Source: an uncultured Gammaproteobacteria bacterium (lineage in GTDB: Bacteria > Patescibacteriota > Microgenomatia > Daviesbacterales > UBA10151). Taken from it: 64,000 bases of DNA. The DNA is taken from assembly GCA_964415615.1 (NCBI GenBank), contig CAYQAW010000003.1:30788-94787 (forward strand), given 5' to 3'. The first letter of the stretch is position 1. Each line of letters starts with the position of its first letter. The position numbers and the translations under genes were made by a program. Under the pieces are notes generated by a model. It did not search any database, was not told the DNA's origin, and saw only the letters and a program-made list of their open reading frames with translations. Positions 58,262 to 64,000 of the stretch are shown here, one piece after another.

Positions 58262-58998
58262 AAGACCCAAAAGTTATTATTGTTATGCCTGCATATAATG
58301 CATCAAAAACAGTGAAAGATACTTACGAAGAAATTCCCATTAAGTACAGAAATAATATTATTTTAGTAGATGATGGAAGTAAAGACGAAACAGTAGCGAT
58401 TGCCAAGAACTTGGGTATAAACGTTTTTGCACATCCAAACAATTTAGGGTATGGAGGCAATCAGAAGACTTGTTATTGGGAAGCATTGAAAGAAAATCCG
58501 GATATCGTTGTAATGCTGCACCCTGATTATCAATACGATGCTAAATTAATAGAAGAGTTGATAAGGCCAATTTTAGACGGCCGTTATGATTTTATGTTTG
58601 GGTCCAGGATTCAAAGCAGACAATCTGCTTTGTCAGGAGGCATGCCTAAAATCAAATATTATGTGAACAGGATAGTTTGTATTTTGGAAAATATCTTGCT
58701 TGACGTTAATTTTTCTGAACATTTCTCAGGATTTCGGGCATATTCAGCTAAAGTCTTAAAAACAGTCCCTTTCCAGCGTTTTTCTAATGATTTTGTTTTC
58801 GACCAAGAGATAACTATTTCAGCTTTAAGCCATGGCTTTAAAATAGGAGAGATTCCCATTCCTACCAGATATCATGAAAAAGCATCCTCGATACAATTTT
58901 TAAAGGGCACTAAATTTATTTTGGATACTTTCTGGATTATTATAGTTTATAAACTATATAAAGCGGGCTTAATCAGAAGTAATATCTTTTCTAAATAG
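58258..58998 (+). CDS. GT2 glycosyltransferase (DPM1/GtrB-like catalytic domain).
   Basis: VIIVMPAYNASKTV...ILVDDGSKDET...LHPDYQYD. Confidence 0.8.
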   Translation: MKDPKVIIVMPAYNASKTVKDTYEEIPIKYRNNIILVDDGSKDETVAIAKNLGINVFAHPNNLGYGGNQKTCYWEALKENPDIVVMLHPDYQYDAKLIEELIRPILDGRYDFMFGSRIQSRQSALSGGMPKIKYYVNRIVCILENILLDVNFSEHFSGFRAYSAKVLKTVPFQRFSNDFVFDQEITISALSHGFKIGEIPIPTRYHEKASSIQFLKGTKFILDTFWIIIVYKLYKAGLIRSNIFSK

Positions 58999-60657
58999 TT
59001 TTAAATTTTTCAAAAAAATAATTAGGATTACCAAAATTCCGATTATCGTCAGGATTTTTGATATTGCTATCAATAATGTTTCCTGATATTTCACTGCGAT
59101 TTTATGTATACCTGGACTTACGATAAAGTTTATTCTTCCTTCTTTGTCGGCGGTAAATTTTGTTTGTCTGCTATCGATATAAAGATTCTGGCCAGGAAAA
59201 AAGAATTGACCGGCAGAAACAGTACTTTCCTTAGTCACGTTGAGGTTAAAAGATAAAAGATTAGTTGTTTGTTGCATTTTTGATGAAGATATATTTTCTC
59301 CCACAATTTCATCCCAAGGTTTATCTAATAGCTTTCCGTTTGCCTTTATAGGTAGGTATTCGTTATAAGTATTGGTAGTTTTCTCTGTCTCAATATTTAG
59401 ATATGTTGAAATAGGAAAATTTGTATACTGATTTACATTGATGTGATTTCTGTTTGTATAAATTGTTACCAGAATTAACAAAATAAAGACAAGGGTTCGT
59501 AGACTTTTTTTAATATTGACTATTACAATACCAGCAGAAACTGATGCGATAAAAGCAGTAGGCAGCAATAATCTAAAAGGAAAATCTACTGTTGTAAATT
59601 TTATTAAAAGATTCCAAATGGGTTTTGAATAATCCAGCATAAGGAAGACATTGGTTGCAAAGATGATTAATATGCTGATACCTAAGTTTCGGTAAAATCT
59701 GGATAATTTTCTGGAAACAATTAATAACACAAGGATAATAATGGAAATCCATTGAGCAAAACCTAGCTGAAAGGAGCTCTCTCCGTTTTTTGCGTTATTT
59801 ACTATCGGACCGTAACCCCATTTTGAATATATTAGTTGATTAAGGTTGATAAAGTTTCTTTTGTAAAGCTGCGAAAAACCGATTTCCTGGTGAACCCTGG
59901 TGAATTGGTTGTAGTAAACAGCAGGTATTAAATAAAAGGAGGAAAGCAGGATTGTAAGTATTAAACCGAAAGTAATATTTTTTAGGAAAATAACCTTTTT
60001 TGAAGAACTGATAAATCCCCAAAGGAAGAAGATTAAAATAATGGGAAATAGAAATACTAAATGCATAATATGTGATAGGATAATGCCTGAAAGACCTACT
60101 GATAATACTGCTATGCCTGTTCCCCCCCCTTTTTTTAGAAGATGAATACCTAAAAGAACTAATGGTAAAAAGGCAAACACAAAAGCAATTCCCATTGAAG
60201 CGCTGACAAAGATAATTAAAAAATGATAAGGCAGCCAAAGGTATAAAATGGCAGATAAAAGAGCAGACAATTTATTATTTAAAAGACTGTTTACAAAAAG
60301 ATACATAGTAAGACCAGATATGATATAAGACAAAAAGAATAAGGCTTTCATAGTAGTTGGAATATCAAGGCCGGTTCTTAGGATTGCTGATCCTATAATC
60401 CAAGGTAGATGATAAGAAAATAGAAAAAGTGGATATCCGAAGTTGTTTGCCAGTTGTCCGATCCAATAAGGAGGAAATTGACCATCATTTATGCCTTGGG
60501 AGTAATAATAAAGTCTGACTACCTGATGCCAAATGTCGTGAGCGGTAAAAAGGCCTGGGTGTAGAAGCGCCTTCATCCCCATAAGAGAAAATATTAAAAT
60601 AATAAAGAGGTAGAACATGCTCTGATCATAGCTTTTCTGGGCATAAATTGCTAACAT
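58969..60657 (-). CDS. Polytopic membrane protein, GT-C-like family C.
   Basis: HDIWHQVVRLYYY...GQFPPYWIGQLANNFGYPLFLFSYHLPW. Paralog of the ORFs at 30084 and 31730. Overlaps the convergent GT2 gene by 30 bp. Confidence 0.5.
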   Translation of the reverse strand: MLAIYAQKSYDQSMFYLFIILIFSLMGMKALLHPGLFTAHDIWHQVVRLYYYSQGINDGQFPPYWIGQLANNFGYPLFLFSYHLPWIIGSAILRTGLDIPTTMKALFFLSYIISGLTMYLFVNSLLNNKLSALLSAILYLWLPYHFLIIFVSASMGIAFVFAFLPLVLLGIHLLKKGGGTGIAVLSVGLSGIILSHIMHLVFLFPIILIFFLWGFISSSKKVIFLKNITFGLILTILLSSFYLIPAVYYNQFTRVHQEIGFSQLYKRNFINLNQLIYSKWGYGPIVNNAKNGESSFQLGFAQWISIIILVLLIVSRKLSRFYRNLGISILIIFATNVFLMLDYSKPIWNLLIKFTTVDFPFRLLLPTAFIASVSAGIVIVNIKKSLRTLVFILLILVTIYTNRNHINVNQYTNFPISTYLNIETEKTTNTYNEYLPIKANGKLLDKPWDEIVGENISSSKMQQTTNLLSFNLNVTKESTVSAGQFFFPGQNLYIDSRQTKFTADKEGRINFIVSPGIHKIAVKYQETLLIAISKILTIIGILVILIIFLKNLKLFRKDITSD

Positions 60658-60673
60658 TAATGCATTACTCTAA

Positions 60674-62326
60674 ATGAAATACAAAGTTTATATTGCGCTT
60701 CTACTGGTGGTAATATTAGCATTCTTTCTGAGGTTCTACAAAGTTACGGAGGATCCACCTGCTTTGAATTGGGACGAGGTATCAATTGGATATAATGCCT
60801 ATTCGATTTTGAAAACAGGTAAAGATGAGTGGAAAGAGTCTTTCCCCGTACATTTTAAGGCTTACGGTGAATATAAGTTACCTGTGCAGATTTATGCCAG
60901 TATTCCCGGCATTTATTTTTTTGGGCTCAATGAGCTGGGAGTAAGAATTACCCCTGTTGCATATGGAACACTAACCGTACTGGTGATGTTCTTTTTAGGA
61001 AGAGTGCTTTTTGCCAGTGAATTAACCGGTTTAGCTGCTGCATTTCTACTTGGTATTTCCCCCTGGTATATACAACTCACCAGAGCATCTTTTGAATCAT
61101 CTCTGGCCACCCTTTTTGTAACTATCGGCATTTGGTTTTTAGTTAAAGGATTTAAGGATCAAAAGTGGTTTGTCTTATCAATGATTCCTTTTGCTTTCTC
61201 TGTTTTTACTTATAATTCTGCCAGAATTTTTACTCCCTTATTTTTAGTAGTGATAATGTTTTTATATAGAAAAAGCCTGATTAAATTTAGAAAAATCGCT
61301 GCTGTATCATTAATAGTTTTTACTATTTTAATGTTGCCATTGATTCCTTATTTATTCAGTGGTGAGAGAAGCGCCCGTTATAAATTGGTAAGCATTACCG
61401 ATGACCCTGGGATAATTCCCAGGATAAATGAAAATAGGGGTCGTTCTAAATTGCCACAGCCTTTACCAAGACTTATTCACAATAAAGTTACCTACGTGGC
61501 ATTTTATTTTACTAATAATTATCTTTCTCATTTTACTCCCCAATTCTTATTTCTTTCTGGCGCTCCACATAAGCAGCATCATGTTCAAGGTATGGGAGAG
61601 CTTTATTATTTTCAAGCTCCATTTTTGATACTAGGGTTAATCTCACTGTTTTACTATAAACATAAATTTAAAAATCTTTTATTGTCTTGGTTGTTTTTAT
61701 CTTTTATTCCCGTTTCAGTAACTAATGATAGTATTCCTCATGCATTGAGGACAGCAATAGCTGCTCCTTTTTATCAATTAATTTGTGGTTTTGGTTTTTA
61801 TCATTTATTAAATTGGTTAAAGAAAAAATCCAAATATCTAAAATTCTTATTAATAATTATTTCGATATTAATTATTTATTTTGAATTTAGCAGGTATCTA
61901 TATAATTATTATGAAATTTATCCTAAAGTTTATTCCAGAGATTGGCAATATGGATATAAGGAAGCTGTAAATTATATCAATGAACATAAAAATGAATATG
62001 ACGAGATTGTTTTTACCCGTCATTATGGGGAACCGCATATGTTTACTTTATTTTATCTCAATTATGATCCTGCAAAGTATCAGAATGATCCGAATTTAGT
62101 CAGGTTTGAAACTTATGATTGGGTAAGAGTTTTAAGATTTGATAGATTCTACTTTCCTGATTTGGGTGATAAGGGAACACAGTTTGCCGATATTGTCAGA
62201 GAGAACTCGGATAAAAAATTACTGTTTATTGGAAGAAGCGGAGATTTTCCAAAAGAGAATACAAGGCTTTTGTCAATAAAATTCCTAAACGGTGAAGACG
62301 CTTTTGATATCGTAGAAGTTAAATGA
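60674..62326 (+). CDS. GT39/PMT_2-family GT-C glycosyltransferase (tandem array member 1).
   Basis: ALNWDEVSIGYNAYSILKTGKDEWKESFPVHFKAYGEYKLPVQIY. Confidence 0.6.
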   Translation: MKYKVYIALLLVVILAFFLRFYKVTEDPPALNWDEVSIGYNAYSILKTGKDEWKESFPVHFKAYGEYKLPVQIYASIPGIYFFGLNELGVRITPVAYGTLTVLVMFFLGRVLFASELTGLAAAFLLGISPWYIQLTRASFESSLATLFVTIGIWFLVKGFKDQKWFVLSMIPFAFSVFTYNSARIFTPLFLVVIMFLYRKSLIKFRKIAAVSLIVFTILMLPLIPYLFSGERSARYKLVSITDDPGIIPRINENRGRSKLPQPLPRLIHNKVTYVAFYFTNNYLSHFTPQFLFLSGAPHKQHHVQGMGELYYFQAPFLILGLISLFYYKHKFKNLLLSWLFLSFIPVSVTNDSIPHALRTAIAAPFYQLICGFGFYHLLNWLKKKSKYLKFLLIIISILIIYFEFSRYLYNYYEIYPKVYSRDWQYGYKEAVNYINEHKNEYDEIVFTRHYGEPHMFTLFYLNYDPAKYQNDPNLVRFETYDWVRVLRFDRFYFPDLGDKGTQFADIVRENSDKKLLFIGRSGDFPKENTRLLSIKFLNGEDAFDIVEVK

Positions 62327-63717
62327 AGAAATATTTATTAGTATTAATTTGTCTTTTTTTTCTTATTACAAGATTATATAAAATTGGGGAAATTCCTTCT
62401 TCTGTTTATTGGGATGAGGCATCAATAGGGTACAATGCTTTTTCTGTTTTACAAACAGGAAAAGATGAGTGGGGAAAGTTTTTACCTATACATTTTAGGG
62501 CCTTTGGGGAATTCAAGTTACCTGTTTATATTTATGCAACACTTATTAGTGAGAAATTTTTTGGTTTAAATGCATTTGCAGTTAGATTGCCTGCAGTTCT
62601 GTTTTCTTTAGGGGTTGTAATATTGACTTATCTTCTATCAAAGAGATTATCAGGTATAACTTTGGGATTATTAAGTAGTTTTTTTGTTACTATTTCTCCT
62701 TGGTTTTTTATTTTCTCGAGAACAGGTTACGAGGCAACAGCAGGTTTAATGTTTTATATGCTGGGTATATATCTTTTCTTAGGATTAGGTAAAAAAAGTT
62801 GGTATCTGTTGTTTTCTATAGCAAGTTTTATCTTAAGTATTTATAGCTACAATAGTTTTAGAATTATTATTCCATTAACAACCATAATATTAATTATTTA
62901 CGATATTAGGAATCTTAAAAGTATTTTTAAAAAAGGTATGCTACCGGTAATATTATCTGGAATTATTGTAATTTTTAGTATGATTCCTATCTATAAAGTA
63001 TACAGATTTGATACAGGTGGCGCCAGATTACAGACTATTAAGGGGACTAGCGCTATGTTTATAACAAACTATTTTTCACACTTTAGTCCGGATTTTCTGT
63101 TTGCAGGTGACAAAAATTCAAGAAGTCAGATACCGGGTTTTGGCCAGATTTATTTTCCTGAGCTAGTTTTTTTGTTATTAGGGTTCCTATATATAATAGG
63201 AAGAAAATCAAAATTAACATTTTTATCCTTGGTCTTACTCTTATTATCTCCTATTCCAGCCAGTTTAACCCGAGAGTCTCCGCATGCTTTAAGAACTATA
63301 TCAATTATCCCCTTTATTCATATAATTTCTGCCATGGGGATAATATACTTAAAACAATTTATAAGATTCAAATATTTTGAACTAGTTATCTTAGGCATAT
63401 TTTTTGCCTTCTTTGTTAATTATCTCTTTAAGTTTTTAACTGTTTACCCTTTAATTTCTTCAACAGATTGGCAGTATGAATATAAAAAGATTTATGAAGA
63501 TTTCGGTCAGGAATTTAATAAATATAACCGGATTTTAATTTCCGATAAATACGCCCAGCCGTATATTTTTGCCCTTTTTTACTTAAAATACGACCCACAA
63601 AAATTCCAGCAGGAAGTTATCAGAAACAATATTAATGATTGGGGATTTTCAACGGTTAGAAAATTTGGAAAATTTGAATTCGGAAAGTTTCCGCAACTTT
63701 ATATCTTTGATAAATGA
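62323..63717 (+). CDS. GT39/PMT_2-family GT-C glycosyltransferase (tandem array member 2).
   Basis: SVYWDEASIGYNAFSVLQTGKDEWGKFLPIHFRAFGEFKLPVYIY. About 50-60% identical over long stretches to the ORF at 60674. Confidence 0.6.
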   Translation: MKKYLLVLICLFFLITRLYKIGEIPSSVYWDEASIGYNAFSVLQTGKDEWGKFLPIHFRAFGEFKLPVYIYATLISEKFFGLNAFAVRLPAVLFSLGVVILTYLLSKRLSGITLGLLSSFFVTISPWFFIFSRTGYEATAGLMFYMLGIYLFLGLGKKSWYLLFSIASFILSIYSYNSFRIIIPLTTIILIIYDIRNLKSIFKKGMLPVILSGIIVIFSMIPIYKVYRFDTGGARLQTIKGTSAMFITNYFSHFSPDFLFAGDKNSRSQIPGFGQIYFPELVFLLLGFLYIIGRKSKLTFLSLVLLLLSPIPASLTRESPHALRTISIIPFIHIISAMGIIYLKQFIRFKYFELVILGIFFAFFVNYLFKFLTVYPLISSTDWQYEYKKIYEDFGQEFNKYNRILISDKYAQPYIFALFYLKYDPQKFQQEVIRNNINDWGFSTVRKFGKFEFGKFPQLYIFDK

Positions 63718-64000
63718 AAAGAATATACATATTACTGATTGTGATAGCTATTTTAGCTGCAGGACTTAGGATTGATAGATTAGATAGCGTTCCGCCATCT
63801 CTTTCTTGGGATGAGACTGCAGTAGGGTTTAATGCTTATACGATTGCAAATAATCTCAGAGATGAATATGGTACTTTTTTACCCCTATTTTTTAAATCAT
63901 TCGGAGAAGATAAACAACCGATACATATTTATATCACTGCACTTTCTGTGAAACTACTTGGTTTGTCAGAATTTAGCACCAGATTGCCGGCTGCTATTTT
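63714..64000 (+). CDS. GT39/PMT_2-family GT-C glycosyltransferase (tandem array member 3, 3'-partial at the window edge).
   Basis: Hand translation from the ATG at 63714: MKRIYILLIVIAILAAGLRIDRLDSVPPSLSWDETAVGFNAYTIANNLRDEYGTFLPLFFKSFGEDKQP... The frame is open to the window end. Confidence 0.5.
   Translation, partial: MKRIYILLIVIAILAAGLRIDRLDSVPPSLSWDETAVGFNAYTIANNLRDEYGTFLPLFFKSFGEDKQPIHIYITALSVKLLGLSEFSTRLPAAI

Overview
This is a low-GC (~33%), tightly packed bacterial window with many overlapping gene junctions. The gene content looks like a Candidate Phyla Radiation (Patescibacteria, possibly Microgenomates) genome; that placement is inference from content only.

The first ~22 kb carries housekeeping genes: glnA (5'-partial), a CofE-like ligase, galE, tsaE, and an ftsE-ftsX-envC-like M23 peptidase operon. 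It continues with prfB, a short tsaB, a CAP-domain protein, rmlABCD and gmd. Two short PaaX-like regulator genes, each bracketed by ~30-bp imperfect direct repeats, sit among these. Large membrane proteins with a GT-C (polytopic glycosyltransferase) fold occur through this part and fill the rest.

From ~22.5 kb to the window end the sequence is essentially one very large cell-surface glycosylation island. At least 24 large membrane proteins with a GT-C fold fall into about five sequence families. These include roughly ten GT39/PMT_2-like genes with a DE motif and a tandem triplet at the 3' end. They are interleaved with six GT2 polyprenyl-phosphate-sugar synthase-like genes (two fused to GtrA-like or GT-C modules), a GT4, a Wzx-type flippase and a SAM methyltransferase.

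Notable oddities:
- a 62%-GC structured ~120-nt element after glnA;
- an M23 domain whose motif order is circularly permuted;
- a dinD/Bro-N-like gene interrupted by a single in-frame TAG;
- a perfect 27-bp palindrome spanning two divergent gene starts.

I found no CRISPR array, rRNA or convincing tRNA.
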